A stretch of DNA of 64,000 nucleotides from Candidatus Nomurabacteria bacterium GW2011_GWD2_36_14 (GTDB lineage Bacteria > Patescibacteriota > Minisyncoccia > Phycocordibacterales > UBA9973), in contig LBRL01000001.1 of NCBI GenBank assembly GCA_000991405.1, positions 379,200 through 443,199 of the forward strand, read 5' to 3'. Numbering within the stretch: the stretch's first letter is position 1; each line of letters begins with the position of its first letter. The position numbers and the translations under genes are program-made. This document shows, piece after piece, positions 44,611 to 54,954 of the stretch. The notes beneath the pieces are model-generated. The model worked only from the letters and a program-made list of their open reading frames with translations, was not told where the DNA came from and did no database searches.

Positions 44611-46284
44611 CTAAACTTTCTTCTTGCCTTGGCAAGCTTTTATAAACGCTGTGAATAGTGGGTGGGGGGCTAGGGGTCTAGCTTTGAATTCTGGGTGGTA
44701 CTGTGTACCTAGGAAGAAGGGATGCGAGCTTGTAGGTAGCTCGGCTATCTCACAAAGGGTACCATCGGGAGAATGACCCGAGAACACCAATCCTGCGTTC
44801 TCTAAACGCTCTCTGTAAGCATTATTGACCTCATAGCGATGTCTATGACGCTCTGTGATCATGTCTGCCTTATAAGCCTTGTGTGCCACTGTACCCTTCT
44901 TTAAATGAGCTATATATGCACCAAGACGCATACTACCTCCCATATTTTTACTTTCTATTTTGGCCTTCTGGTCTTCCATGATATCTATTACTAAATTCTT
45001 CGAATTTGGGTTCACTTCACGAGTATTGGCATCTTTCAGACCAAGCACATTGCGAGCGTACTCTATAACCATCAGTTGCATACCATAGCAAAGCCCAAAG
45101 TAAGGAATCTTATTTTCTCTAGCATACCGAATAGCAGAAATGATACCTTCAATACCACTTTCACCAAATCCTCCCGGAACGATAACTCCATCGAACTTTT
45201 TCAACATAGATAATGGAATCTTCTTCGATTCAAAATCTTTGGAATTCACACAGGCAATCTCGATCCCCACTCCTGACTCATATGATGAAAACTTCAATGC
45301 TTCAAGTATAGAAATATATACATCCGAAAGGACGAAGTCACCAGAATCAAAGTACTTGCCCACTACGGCTATCTTGATCTTCTCTTTGCCATTTTTGGTC
45401 TTTGATACAAACTTTTTCCAATTTGAAAGATTGGCCGTCCTCTTAGGTAAGCTTAGGACTCTCTCGAGAGTCTCGCCCATTTTATCTTTCTCAAAGTTTA
45501 AAGGAATATCATAAATACTTTTCACATCGGGAGCAGATATGACGTTGTCTTCAGGAACATTACAGAACAATGCAATCTTCTCCTTGCGTTTCTTGTCCAA
45601 GGCAATAGGACCACGAGCTATGATAATATCGGCTTGAACTCCAGCAGAATTTAATGTACGTGAAGCATACTGAGTAGGTTTGGTCTTCATCTCTCCTAAG
45701 TTGGAAGGTACAGGCAAATAAGACACGAGTACAAAGGCAACATCGGCAGGATTCTTGGTCTTCAACATACGGGCCGCTTCTAGGAATAGAACATTCTGAT
45801 ACTCACCGACAGTGCCACCGATCTCTATAATTGTTATGTCCGAGCCTGTAATACGTGTAGCTTCCTTGATACGGTGAATAACCTCAAAAGGTACATCAGG
45901 AACTACTTCTACGTTCTTGCCTTTATATTCTAAATTACGTTCCTTGCGAATAACCTCCTCGTACACACGGCCAGTCGTCATGTAGTTGGTACGGCAAAGA
46001 TCAACTCCCAAGAATCGCTCGTAGTTACCCATGTCCTGATCGCATTCGTCACCATCATCTAGGACAAAGACTTCGCCATGTTCTGTCGGATTCATGGTCC
46101 CTGCGTCAATGTTGATATATGGGTCAATCTTGATAGAAGTTACTTTGTGACCTCTTGCTTGCATAAGAAGACCAATAGAGGAAGCGGCTACCCCCTTCCC
46201 AACGCCAGAGATGACTCCACCAACTACAAAGATATACTTGCAGTTAGATAATTTATTCTCTAGCTTTGATACGGATGATTTCAT
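44611..46284 (-). CDS. pyrG: CTP synthase
   Basis: N-terminal synthetase domain (YIFVVGGVISGVGKGV) and a C-terminal glutaminase with GLCYGMQLMVIEYARNV. Confidence 0.9.
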   Translation of the reverse strand: MKSSVSKLENKLSNCKYIFVVGGVISGVGKGVAASSIGLLMQARGHKVTSIKIDPYINIDAGTMNPTEHGEVFVLDDGDECDQDMGNYERFLGVDLCRTNYMTTGRVYEEVIRKERNLEYKGKNVEVVPDVPFEVIHRIKEATRITGSDITIIEIGGTVGEYQNVLFLEAARMLKTKNPADVAFVLVSYLPVPSNLGEMKTKPTQYASRTLNSAGVQADIIIARGPIALDKKRKEKIALFCNVPEDNVISAPDVKSIYDIPLNFEKDKMGETLERVLSLPKRTANLSNWKKFVSKTKNGKEKIKIAVVGKYFDSGDFVLSDVYISILEALKFSSYESGVGIEIACVNSKDFESKKIPLSMLKKFDGVIVPGGFGESGIEGIISAIRYARENKIPYFGLCYGMQLMVIEYARNVLGLKDANTREVNPNSKNLVIDIMEDQKAKIESKNMGGSMRLGAYIAHLKKGTVAHKAYKADMITERHRHRYEVNNAYRERLENAGLVFSGHSPDGTLCEIAELPTSSHPFFLGTQYHPEFKARPLAPHPLFTAFIKACQGKKKV

Positions 46285-46287
46285 ATT

Positions 46288-47208
46288 TTATTTTCTTAAA
46301 TACCTACTAATAGCAAAGAAGCTTGAAATACTTCCGAGCAGAACACCAGAACCAAGCATAATAACAAATAGTTGTAAGAAGTTGGACTTATAGTATTGAT
46401 ATAGGTTTATCCCTATAAAGTCGGTCATGTGATTCCCTAGCCAAATAGAAATAGGAATGAAGAGAAGAATCGTCAAGAGAGAAGCACAAATACCTACCAG
46501 CATACCAGAGACAATGAATGGTCCTTGGACATACTTGTGCCCTGCCCCTACTAGCTTCATGACACTAATCTCGTCTTTCGACATATATATAATGAGGCGA
46601 ATAGTATTGAAAGTAATAATAATAGAAATAATGATGAGAACGAGAGATACGGCAAAGCCTAGACTCTTGGCCCCATTGATAATGGAAGTGAGCCTGTCTA
46701 TGACCATCTTGTTCTGATGGTAGTCAATCTTGTCGATAATAGTTAGAGCTCCTTTGGATAGAGCGTTGTCGTTCTCGAAATACTTGGCAATGCTTTCGTA
46801 TTGCGAAGGATCGTTGGCTTTAATATTGAGAGACGCACCTAGAGGATTCTCGCTGAGCTCGTCGAGAGCCTGAAGAGTTAGATAGTCGTTGGAGTGCTTG
46901 TCTTTGAAATTGGATAGAGCTTCTAGTGCTGAGGTATATGTGATACTCTTGATCTCTGGTAACTTGACCAAGGATTCTTCCACTTTCTTTATAGAAGGCT
47001 CGTCGGCCCCTGGTACAAAGTAGATAGTAACGTCTACCTTTTCTTTAATATCACTTAATGATGCATTAAGAGAAGCTTGCACAAAGATAAGTGAAGTAAT
47101 GACAAAGAGAGTGATAGTCATGATCAGAATACTAGCGATGGAAGTAAAGCCACTGCGTATGAAGCTATGCCAACCTGATCGTATTATTCTTTTTGCATGA
47201 ATTAACAT
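46288..47208 (-). CDS. ftsX: Cell division ABC transporter permease FtsX
   Basis: Four-TM FtsX-like permease with a periplasmic domain. The motif is ISVMKLVGAGHKYVQGPFIVSGM. It sits downstream of ftsE. Confidence 0.8.
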   Translation of the reverse strand: MLIHAKRIIRSGWHSFIRSGFTSIASILIMTITLFVITSLIFVQASLNASLSDIKEKVDVTIYFVPGADEPSIKKVEESLVKLPEIKSITYTSALEALSNFKDKHSNDYLTLQALDELSENPLGASLNIKANDPSQYESIAKYFENDNALSKGALTIIDKIDYHQNKMVIDRLTSIINGAKSLGFAVSLVLIIISIIITFNTIRLIIYMSKDEISVMKLVGAGHKYVQGPFIVSGMLVGICASLLTILLFIPISIWLGNHMTDFIGINLYQYYKSNFLQLFVIMLGSGVLLGSISSFFAISRYLRK

Positions 47209-47216
47209 ATACTCTA

Positions 47217-47942
47217 TTATAACATATACTTACCTTCTTTATCATCTCGGATGATGCGACCATTCTCGAGAGTTATAACACGCTTCTTTATACTATCGAC
47301 TACTCCCTTGTTGTGAGTGGTTAGAATTATGGTGGTACCTAGGTCGTTGATCTTCTTAAGGATATTTATAACTTCGTTGGCATTCATGGGGTCGAGGTTA
47401 CCTGTAGGCTCGTCGGCAATGATCAAGTCGGGCTGAGTAATGATAGCGCGGGCTATGGCAAGGCGTTGCTTCTCTCCTCCGGAAAGCTGGTGTGGGAAGT
47501 GGAAAGCTCTGTTTGTAAGATCTACGAGTTCAAGCACATGAGGAACGTCTTCTCTTATCTCATCGTCGCTCTTACCAGTGGCCTCCATGGCAAAGGAGAT
47601 GTTCTCATAGGCGGTCTTGCCTGGAAGAAGACGGAAATCTTGGAAGACGACGCCCACCTTGCGACGAAAGTTCATAAGGTCACGCTTGGAAAGCTTGTTG
47701 ATATCTGTAGATTCGAAGAAGACAGTCCCAGAAGTTGGAATCTCTTCTGCCAAGATAAGCTTGGTCAAAGTCGTCTTGCCTGCACCAGAGTGCCCGACGA
47801 TGGACACGAACTCCCCTGCGGCTATAGACAGCGTTACTTCTTCAAGAGAAGAATTATCTTTGTATTTTTTTGTAACATTATCAAAGTAAATCATCAATTC
47901 ATTAATTTTATCACATTTTCGCTTCTGCCTCAATAAATTCAT
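47217..47942 (-). CDS. ftsE: Cell division ATP-binding protein FtsE
   Basis: Walker A GHSGAGKTT, signature LSGGEKQRLAIARAI, Walker [12 protein letters not shown]. Confidence 0.85.
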   Translation of the reverse strand: MNLLRQKRKCDKINELMIYFDNVTKKYKDNSSLEEVTLSIAAGEFVSIVGHSGAGKTTLTKLILAEEIPTSGTVFFESTDINKLSKRDLMNFRRKVGVVFQDFRLLPGKTAYENISFAMEATGKSDDEIREDVPHVLELVDLTNRAFHFPHQLSGGEKQRLAIARAIITQPDLIIADEPTGNLDPMNANEVINILKKINDLGTTIILTTHNKGVVDSIKKRVITLENGRIIRDDKEGKYML

Positions 47943-48798
47943 CTATCATGCCACTTTCAAGCACGGCGTCAACATCACGTACTTCTACCTCCGTCCTATG
48001 ATCCTTGACCATCTTGTAAGGATGAAGCACGTATGAGCGAATCTGGCTTCCCCATTCTATGTCGGTCGTTTTTGAAATTGAAAGTCCTGCCTTTTCTCGC
48101 TCTGCGTCAACTTCCCTTTTCCGGAAAAGCTTACCTTTGAGCATTTCTATGGCCTTCTCTCTGTTCTGTTCTTGCGAACGCTCTGTCGATACAGCCACTG
48201 ATATGTTCGTGGGTAGGTGCACTACTCGTACGGCCGTCTCGCGCTTGTTTACATTCTGACCTCCGGGACCACCTGACTTTGAGAATTCGATTCTCACCTC
48301 TTCGGGAGGAATTATGATAGCGTCATTGTTCTTCTCTAACTTTGGAATAACTTCTACAAGAGAAAAGGAGGTGTGACGAAGCCCCTTGGCATTGAATGGC
48401 GAGGTACGGACAAGTCGGTGAACGCCAGATTCGTTCTTGAGTGTGCCATAAGCCCCCTTGCCTGTGATTTCGATAGATACATTCCTGTACCCCCCCAGTT
48501 CATTCTTGTTCTCATGTATAAGAGTAGCTTGCCAGCCCTTACTTTCTATATATTTTAAATACATACGAAGAAGCATAGCAGAGAAGTCCTCAGCATCGTC
48601 CCCTCCTGCACCCGAAAGAATAGAGAGAATGGCATTGCCCTTGTCATACTTGAGAGAACCTAGGAGTTCATCCTTGAGCTCTCCAATTCTTTTTATAATA
48701 GCTTGGGCCTTGACCTTATCCTCCCAGAAATTCCCTTGGGACATCTGCGATTCCAAGTCTTTTAACTCTTTCTTTATTTCTTCTGTATCCATTGCCAT
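47911..48798 (-). CDS. prfB: Peptide chain release factor 2
   Basis: SPF tripeptide (VRTSPFNAKG) and the GGQ motif (GGPGGQNVNKRETAVR). It is 295 aa and starts directly after a GGGAGG Shine-Dalgarno, only 35 nt from the upstream stop. Confidence 0.85.
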   Translation of the reverse strand: MAMDTEEIKKELKDLESQMSQGNFWEDKVKAQAIIKRIGELKDELLGSLKYDKGNAILSILSGAGGDDAEDFSAMLLRMYLKYIESKGWQATLIHENKNELGGYRNVSIEITGKGAYGTLKNESGVHRLVRTSPFNAKGLRHTSFSLVEVIPKLEKNNDAIIIPPEEVRIEFSKSGGPGGQNVNKRETAVRVVHLPTNISVAVSTERSQEQNREKAIEMLKGKLFRKREVDAEREKAGLSISKTTDIEWGSQIRSYVLHPYKMVKDHRTEVEVRDVDAVLESGMIDEFIEAEAKM

Positions 48799-48833
48799 CC
48801 TCCCATCATACCAAAATATAAAATTTTTAGAAA

Positions 48834-49772
48834 TTAATGAATTTTTGTGCCGAGGTTGTCGAAGTTGATGAAGGAGCGGATGGTAACTTCTATATTCTGG
48901 TCCAAGCTTGAGATTGAGTCTGGGCGAACAACGAAGGAATTGTTCTTCTCTGTGTTGGCAATGTATTCCTTGCGGGTCATTGCGTTTATTAGTTTGGCTT
49001 CAGGGTTCTTCACTGGGTTCTCTTCGTAGACTCCATCAACGTCCTTCCAGAAAGTTAGCAAAACTTTCTCATTCGTCTTCACTAGAGAGCTTGCAAACTT
49101 CCCTGCGGAGTAGTCACTACCATCAAACCCGACAACAGTATTCACCCCACTACTATCGCGCCCTATGAATCCCTGACTTATGAGGATGTCACTACCTGAA
49201 AAAAATCCTTGGAAGCCCTCTTTGATACTTAGTATCTCTGCTTCTTTGGTATTGCTATCGGTCACGACATACTCACGTGCATCGAACCATTTATTGCTAA
49301 GTCCTATATGATTGGCATAACTACTAAGTATTTGAGAGCTAGCAAGCTCGCCGAACTGTAAGACTGTCGCATAGAATTCATCTTTACTTTCTTCACTACT
49401 ATAACTACTAATAACTTTCTCTAAGGTATTATAAAGACTTTCGAAATTACCTATAACTCCCTCTCGCTTTTCATCGGGGAATAATTCAAAAATAAATTCC
49501 ATATGAGCTCTCTTAAACTCATTCATACAAAGCGTGGTCATGAGCTTCTTCAACTCTTCATCTATCTTCACTTCTGTCTTAATAATATAAATCAGACGAA
49601 GTAGCCTAGTGATACCATTCATAGCTGAAATGACAAAAAGCGTCTTGTGGCTCTTGAGAGAGTCCTCTTCTTGCTTGAAGAAAGATTTAACAATGTTTGT
49701 TACGAAGAACTTTCCGCCACATTTATATACTTGAGTTTGCATACTAAGAATAATTCTTCTCGTTATAGACAC
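48834..49772 (-). CDS. lysC: Aspartate kinase-like amino acid kinase (catalytic domain only, no ACT domains)
   Basis: N-terminal VYKCGGKFF...LFVISAMNGITRLL and the C-terminal GFIGRDSSGVNTVVGFDGSDYSAGKFASSL...WKDVDGVYEENP match the AK catalytic-domain motifs. It overlaps asd. Confidence 0.65.
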   Translation of the reverse strand: MSITRRIILSMQTQVYKCGGKFFVTNIVKSFFKQEEDSLKSHKTLFVISAMNGITRLLRLIYIIKTEVKIDEELKKLMTTLCMNEFKRAHMEFIFELFPDEKREGVIGNFESLYNTLEKVISSYSSEESKDEFYATVLQFGELASSQILSSYANHIGLSNKWFDAREYVVTDSNTKEAEILSIKEGFQGFFSGSDILISQGFIGRDSSGVNTVVGFDGSDYSAGKFASSLVKTNEKVLLTFWKDVDGVYEENPVKNPEAKLINAMTRKEYIANTEKNNSFVVRPDSISSLDQNIEVTIRSFINFDNLGTKIH

Positions 49773-50766
49773 CTAGTAATTTACCTAAGATGGCGACAGC
49801 ATTGTAAGCAGCACCGACTCGCAGATTATCCGAAGCTATGAAGAATTCGAAACACTTAGGATTATTCACATCTTGGCGGAAGCTTCTGACTATTACATAG
49901 TCCTTGCCGATCGTATCATAAGGACCAAGAGGCTCTTCGGAGTACTTTATCTGAGGAGCATTCTTCAGTATATCTATAAGCTTTTCTTCACTCTGTTCTT
50001 CCTTAAAGAAGACTCTCATCATGGCACTGTGCCCCCTAGGTACTGGCACACGATTGGACTGCGCAGAAATCTTTATGGACTTGCCTAAAATCTTTGGAAC
50101 TTCAAACATCATCTTGGCTTCTTCGTCGTTGTATTTAGGAACTGTCGCACTCATAGAAGTAGCAGGAATAATGTTGCCAGCAATATTGGAAACGAAGGTA
50201 GAAATAGAAGCTTTGGCTCCGTCATTATTCTTGAGCTCTTCTTCTAAAGCTTTGGTACCTTTGTATCCAGCTCCCGAGACAGATTGCATAGCACTTACTA
50301 GAATCATATCTGCTCCTAAGTCTACAAATGGAGCAATGGCGATAGCGATCATGATGGCAACGCAGTTTGGATTGGCAATAATGCCAGAAGTCATACTCTC
50401 GTCTAAAGATGGATTGGGAATACTTGGAACGATTAGAGGTATTTCTGGTAATGTCCTCCATGCAGAAGAATTATCTATAACTATGGCTCCACTTTCTACA
50501 AACTTTGGGGCAACTTCTTTTGAAAGAGTCGCTCCTGCTGACATGATCACATAGTCTGGCTTCTTGCTTATAGCTTCCTCTACCGACATAACCCTTACGT
50601 CTTTACCCATGAAAGGAATTACCTTGCCGACAGACTTGTCTGAAGCCACAAAAAGAAGATTATTAGTATTGATATGCGGAACAATCTTTTCTGAAGCCAA
50701 TATTTCAAGAACAACACCTCCCACTAGACCTGTCACACCTACGATTGCTAATTTCTTGTTTTCCAT
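49744..50766 (-). CDS. asd: Aspartate-semialdehyde dehydrogenase
   Basis: N-terminal Rossmann KLAIVGVTGLVGGVVLEIL, the active-site Cys context IANPNCVAIMIAIA, and SGAGYKG. Confidence 0.85.
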   Translation of the reverse strand: MENKKLAIVGVTGLVGGVVLEILASEKIVPHINTNNLLFVASDKSVGKVIPFMGKDVRVMSVEEAISKKPDYVIMSAGATLSKEVAPKFVESGAIVIDNSSAWRTLPEIPLIVPSIPNPSLDESMTSGIIANPNCVAIMIAIAIAPFVDLGADMILVSAMQSVSGAGYKGTKALEEELKNNDGAKASISTFVSNIAGNIIPATSMSATVPKYNDEEAKMMFEVPKILGKSIKISAQSNRVPVPRGHSAMMRVFFKEEQSEEKLIDILKNAPQIKYSEEPLGPYDTIGKDYVIVRSFRQDVNNPKCFEFFIASDNLRVGAAYNAVAILGKLLGVYNEKNYS

Positions 50767-50910
50767 ATAAATTCATTTTATCAAAGTTGGTAATTTTCCA
50801 CAAATGGACAAAATTTCAATTTGTTTTAGAAAATAAGGGCTTTTTGCTATATGGCTTCATTTTTGATAGAATTTATATATTAGAAACTATTTAACTTTTT
50901 ACAAATTATT

Positions 50911-51648
50911 ATGAATATCGCTATCATCGGTTTTGGTTCTATGGGAAAGTCTCTAAAGGAAATCGCGGAGAGCCGTGGGCATAAAGTTGATATCATAATT
51001 GATAGAGTTGACCCAAAAGCTACTCATACAAATCTGACCGATGCACCACTTGAAAATGTAGACATAGTAATAGACTTCTCCTCCGCTAACTCTGTAGTGG
51101 AGAATGCTAAGGTAGTAGCCCTCGCAAAGAAAAGTCTGGTCATAGGCACGACTGGCTGGTATGCACAAATGCCCGAGATTGAGAAAATTGCCAAAGAAAA
51201 TGACACTGGAATAATGTGGTCAGCCAACTTCTCTATTGGTGTAAATATGTACTATCAGATAATAGCCAAAGCAGGAGAACTTATAAACAAGTACGATGAG
51301 TACGATATATGGGGGACAGAACTTCACCACAACAACAAAGCCGACTCCCCTTCAGGCACCGCAAAAGAAATAGCCAAAATTCTCTTGGAAAAAATTGATA
51401 GGAAAGATGAAATAATCTACGACAAACTAGACAGGAAAATAAATCCAAATGAGATTCACTTCTCTTCTACTCGTGGTGGACCTGTAAACTTTAGTCACAC
51501 TATAGGGTTCGACTCTGTGTCTGACACTATTACTCTTACACATAGTGCTAGAGACAGAGGTGGCTATGCACTAGGAGCGATAAAGGCTACAGAGTGGCTA
51601 GCAAATAAAAAAGGTCTATTTAATATGAATGATTTTTTAAATAATTAA
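50911..51648 (+). CDS. dapB: 4-hydroxy-tetrahydrodipicolinate reductase
   Basis: N-terminal NAD-binding MNIAIIGFGSMGKSL, ELHHNNKADSPSGTA (the E(L/A)HHxxKxDxPSGTA DapB signature), and a C-terminal tetramerization domain. Confidence 0.8.
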   Translation: MNIAIIGFGSMGKSLKEIAESRGHKVDIIIDRVDPKATHTNLTDAPLENVDIVIDFSSANSVVENAKVVALAKKSLVIGTTGWYAQMPEIEKIAKENDTGIMWSANFSIGVNMYYQIIAKAGELINKYDEYDIWGTELHHNNKADSPSGTAKEIAKILLEKIDRKDEIIYDKLDRKINPNEIHFSSTRGGPVNFSHTIGFDSVSDTITLTHSARDRGGYALGAIKATEWLANKKGLFNMNDFLNN

Positions 51649-51649
51649 T

Positions 51650-52540
51650 ATGAATAAATACAAAGGTGTGTGGACAGCAATGATAACCCCCTTCAACGAA
51701 GATGGAAGTATAGACTGGAGATCTTTCGACAATCTTGTAGAAAGACAAGTGGAAGCGAAAGTAACAGGAATCATAATCAATGGCACAACAGGAGAATCTC
51801 CTACTATAACCGACGAAGAGTGTATAGATCTGATAAAGAGAGCTAAAGAAAAAGTAGCGGATAAATGCCTGATAATGGCAGGGACTGGCACGAACAATAC
51901 AAAGAAGTCAGTAGAGAAGACAAAGTCCGCAGAAGAAGCTGGAGCAGACATAGTACTACTAGTGAATCCTTACTACAACAAGCCAACACAAAATGGACTC
52001 TATCTTCACTTTAAAGCAATAGCAGAATCCACAAGTCTTCCGGTATTCTTATACAACATCAAAGGGCGCACAGGGGTAAACTTGGAAACTGATACTCTTA
52101 AAAAATTAGCAAATGAAGTCAAGAATATTGTAGGAGTGAAGGAAGCCTCTGGAGACTTGAACCAGATCAAAGCCGTCTGTGAATTAGGATTGGAAGACTT
52201 CGTGATCCTCTCTGGTGATGACAATATCACACTTGAGATTATCAAAAGTTACGGAGCCGATGGGGTCATATCCGTCGCTTCAAACATAGTACCATCCGAT
52301 ATGGTAAGTATGGTGGGTAGTGCTCTAAAGAAAGATTATACAAAAGCTGAAGAAGTAAATACAAAGCTAGCCGACTTATTCAAAATACTTTTTATAGAGA
52401 CGAATCCAATACCAGTAAAGTATGCATCTTATAAAATGGGACTATGTCAAAACATTTACAGACTTCCAATGTGTAAAATCGGAGAAGAAAATGGAAAGCA
52501 AGTAGAAGCAGTACTTGAACAAATGAATATTATAAAATAA
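51650..52540 (+). CDS. dapA: 4-hydroxy-tetrahydrodipicolinate synthase
   Basis: GTTGESPTIT, the YNIKGRTG context, and the Schiff-base lysine region VGVKEASGD. Confidence 0.85.
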   Translation: MNKYKGVWTAMITPFNEDGSIDWRSFDNLVERQVEAKVTGIIINGTTGESPTITDEECIDLIKRAKEKVADKCLIMAGTGTNNTKKSVEKTKSAEEAGADIVLLVNPYYNKPTQNGLYLHFKAIAESTSLPVFLYNIKGRTGVNLETDTLKKLANEVKNIVGVKEASGDLNQIKAVCELGLEDFVILSGDDNITLEIIKSYGADGVISVASNIVPSDMVSMVGSALKKDYTKAEEVNTKLADLFKILFIETNPIPVKYASYKMGLCQNIYRLPMCKIGEENGKQVEAVLEQMNIIK

Positions 52541-52568
52541 GTTGTTACACTTTAAATTCAAATAAAAT

Positions 52569-53750
52569 ATGGAAATAACAGGCTCAGATAAATTAAATAA
52601 AATCGGAGGCTATGCCTTTGATGAAGTCAACAAAATAGTAGCCAAGTTGAAAGAGGAAGGCGTAACTCCTATAGACTTTGGTGTGGGAGACCCCAGTGCT
52701 CCTACTCCCGAATTTGTGAGAAATGCTGTGAAAGAAGCCTTGGGTACTTATTCGAAAGCTGGCTACCCAAGCTATGTAGGACAGAAAGAATATAGGCAAG
52801 CCGTATCCAAATGGATGGAGAAAAGATTTGGAATAGAAATAAATAGTGAGACTGAAATTTGTTCAACAATCGGCTCAAAAGAAGCAGTGTTTCACTTTCC
52901 TCAAGCTTTTATAAACGATGGCGACATTGTAATACTCCCAAATCCCGGCTACCCCCCTATGAAAACTGGAACAATATTTGCAGGAGGAATACCTTACTTT
53001 GTTTCTTTGAAAGAAGAAAATAATTTCTTACTAGATTATAAGTCCATACCCGAAAACATAGCAGAAAAAGCAAAAATAATTTGGATCAATTATCCAAACT
53101 CCCCTACAGGCGTCTGTGCTAATCGAGAATACTATGAAGGCTTAATCAACTGGGCCCACAAGCACGACATAATAATAGCAGCTGACGAGGGGTGCTATAT
53201 AGATATTTATTTTGAAGAAAAACCAATCTCAATACTTGAAGTTGCAAGAGAAGGTGTTATAACTTTCTATTCTTTGAGCAAGAGAAACAATATGACAGGA
53301 TATAGGGTCGGATGGGTAGCAGGAGATGAAAGAATAGTAGAGAAATTTAAAAAGTTGAAAACAAATATAGACTCGGGAACGGCAGACTTTATCCAAGCTG
53401 GAGCTATCTCTGCACTCGAAGATGAAACGCATGCGAAGGAGATGAGAAACGAATATAAAGAAAAGAGAGAGGTAATGCTAGAAGCCTTCAAGCAAGTGGG
53501 TTGGACAGATTGTAAAAGTGAGGCAACTTTCTACTTGTGGCTTAAAACTCCTAAGGGTTTGAAGAGCGTAGAATTTGCTAAACAACTTTTGAGTAAAGAA
53601 GTGGCCGTAGTAGTCACTCCCGGAGCATGGATATCCGACGTAGATAAAGATGGATTTAACCCGGGAGAGAATTATGTCCGATTTGCATTAGTACCTCCTC
53701 TTCTGAAAGTCAAAGAAGCGGTAGAACGAATTAAAAAATTCTATAAATAA
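52569..53750 (+). CDS. PLP-dependent aminotransferase class I/II (LL-diaminopimelate aminotransferase DapL-like)
   Basis: PLP-lysine context SLSKRNNMTGYRVGW. It sits directly after dapB-dapA, suggesting the DapL route. Confidence 0.65.
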   Translation: MEITGSDKLNKIGGYAFDEVNKIVAKLKEEGVTPIDFGVGDPSAPTPEFVRNAVKEALGTYSKAGYPSYVGQKEYRQAVSKWMEKRFGIEINSETEICSTIGSKEAVFHFPQAFINDGDIVILPNPGYPPMKTGTIFAGGIPYFVSLKEENNFLLDYKSIPENIAEKAKIIWINYPNSPTGVCANREYYEGLINWAHKHDIIIAADEGCYIDIYFEEKPISILEVAREGVITFYSLSKRNNMTGYRVGWVAGDERIVEKFKKLKTNIDSGTADFIQAGAISALEDETHAKEMRNEYKEKREVMLEAFKQVGWTDCKSEATFYLWLKTPKGLKSVEFAKQLLSKEVAVVVTPGAWISDVDKDGFNPGENYVRFALVPPLLKVKEAVERIKKFYK

Positions 53751-53775
53751 ATTGAGTCCTTAAGGACCGTCTACA

Positions 53776-53808
53776 GGTGTCCATCAATACTGATGGACCT
53801 GCGTTTTT
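53776..53808 (+). terminator. Intrinsic terminator GGTGTCCATCA-ATAC-TGATGGACCTGCGTTTTT
   Basis: Stem-loop followed by T5, downstream of the aminotransferase gene. Confidence 0.5.
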
Positions 53809-53838
53809 AACAATCCGAGTACAGCTTAAAAAAATGGG

Positions 53839-53911
53839 AGCCATCCCCGAGACTCGAACTCGGCACCTATTCATTACGAATGAATTGCTCTACCAGATGA
53901 GCTAGGATGGC
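53839..53911 (-). tRNA. tRNA-Thr(CGT)
   Basis: My manual fold gives acceptor GCCATCC/GGATGGC, D-arm GCTC-ATCTGGTA-GAGC, anticodon stem ATTCA/TGAAT with loop TTCGTAA, and T-arm CCGAG-TTCGAGT-CTCGG. CCA is not encoded. Confidence 0.8.
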
Positions 53912-53963
53912 TTACAACTGAGTACTTTAACGAGAAAAATCCATGATGTTGATTCTAGCTCAT

Positions 53964-54146
53964 CTATATACATTTTTTAATCAAATCCAAACATTCTTCA
54001 TAAGCATCTGCTTTACCACCAATAAATTCATTCAATCCATATTCTTCAATATTCTCACTTTCCCATAAGTCCTCCTTCCAATCATCCCTATAATTTTTTG
54101 CTAATGCTGTTATTTCTTTTTCTAATAATTGTAATTTTGTATTCAT
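53964..54146 (-). CDS. Small acidic hypothetical protein (60 aa)
   Basis: ORF only, in the islet between two tRNA-Thr genes. Confidence 0.3.
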   Translation of the reverse strand: MNTKLQLLEKEITALAKNYRDDWKEDLWESENIEEYGLNEFIGGKADAYEECLDLIKKCI

Positions 54147-54183
54147 ATACTATAATCTTTGATCAAATAAAATATAAAGTCAA

Positions 54184-54951
54184 CTACTTAAGTCGGTATT
54201 TTCCAGCCTCAATAAACTCAATATAATTTTTATCTCTTAAAAATTGTAACTGCTGTCTTATTTTAGGCTTTATATTTTTATTTTCAGGATGTATAACAGC
54301 CAAATCTTTTTCAAAATCATATACATCTTGTAGTATAAACTCTTTCTTATTTAAAGCATCAATGCAGTTCATAATATCTAAAATCCAACCTTTGGCATTT
54401 GATTTTTTAACCTGTTTTAGAAATACTGTTTTCTGCCATTTTTCCAATACATCTTTTTTGTCAACCTCTTTTCCATTTTCAATATAAAAAATTTGCCCTG
54501 CTTTTGGAATTTTTGAGAATAGTATATTTGAACCAACCCAGCCAGCTCGTCTAGCACTTTCTGCGAGTGGTTTTCGCTCTTCTATAATTTCGGATACAAA
54601 AAAGTGTTTTGGAATAACAAAAAAATCATTCACATCCCACATCTTGACCATATAACCCATAAAAAAGAAATTCGGTTTTTGGAGTGAATTGATTCTCTTT
54701 ACCATTTGAGAATAAGCACCCGCAGAAACTTTTTTACCGATTCTCCCCTTTTTAGATTTCAACTCAAAATCTTCCGAGCATTTTTTACAATAAAAATCTG
54801 CGACTGGCTTATTATTAACATAATCATAAATACTATTACCACAACTCGGGCAATATATTTCTCTCAATACCCAATCTTCAGTCAGTACTCGTGCTTTTTG
54901 AGAATAGCTTGTGTACTTATCAGCTATTTTCGTCTTAAAAGTTAGGTTCAT
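54184..54951 (-). CDS. DpnI-like methyl-directed (Type IIM) restriction endonuclease
   Basis: 255 aa, collinear along its full length with S. pneumoniae DpnI (254 aa) as I recall it. N-terminal SQKARVLTEDWV...YCPSCGN...ADFYCKKCSEDFELKSKKG, a central PNFFFMGY / RKPLAESARRAGWVGSNI catalytic region, and a C-terminal winged-helix KIRQQLQFLRDKNYIEFIEAGKYRLK. Confidence 0.65.
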   Translation of the reverse strand: MNLTFKTKIADKYTSYSQKARVLTEDWVLREIYCPSCGNSIYDYVNNKPVADFYCKKCSEDFELKSKKGRIGKKVSAGAYSQMVKRINSLQKPNFFFMGYMVKMWDVNDFFVIPKHFFVSEIIEERKPLAESARRAGWVGSNILFSKIPKAGQIFYIENGKEVDKKDVLEKWQKTVFLKQVKKSNAKGWILDIMNCIDALNKKEFILQDVYDFEKDLAVIHPENKNIKPKIRQQLQFLRDKNYIEFIEAGKYRLK

Positions 54952-54954
54952 ACA

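Noticed and set aside
47466-47936. 156-aa and 90-aa plus-strand ORFs
   Set aside because: They are antisense to ftsE, which has unmistakable Walker/ABC motifs on the minus strand.
50021-50554. 177-aa plus-strand ORF
   Set aside because: It is antisense within asd. Its Ala/Ile-rich translation reflects the asd reverse-frame codon bias.
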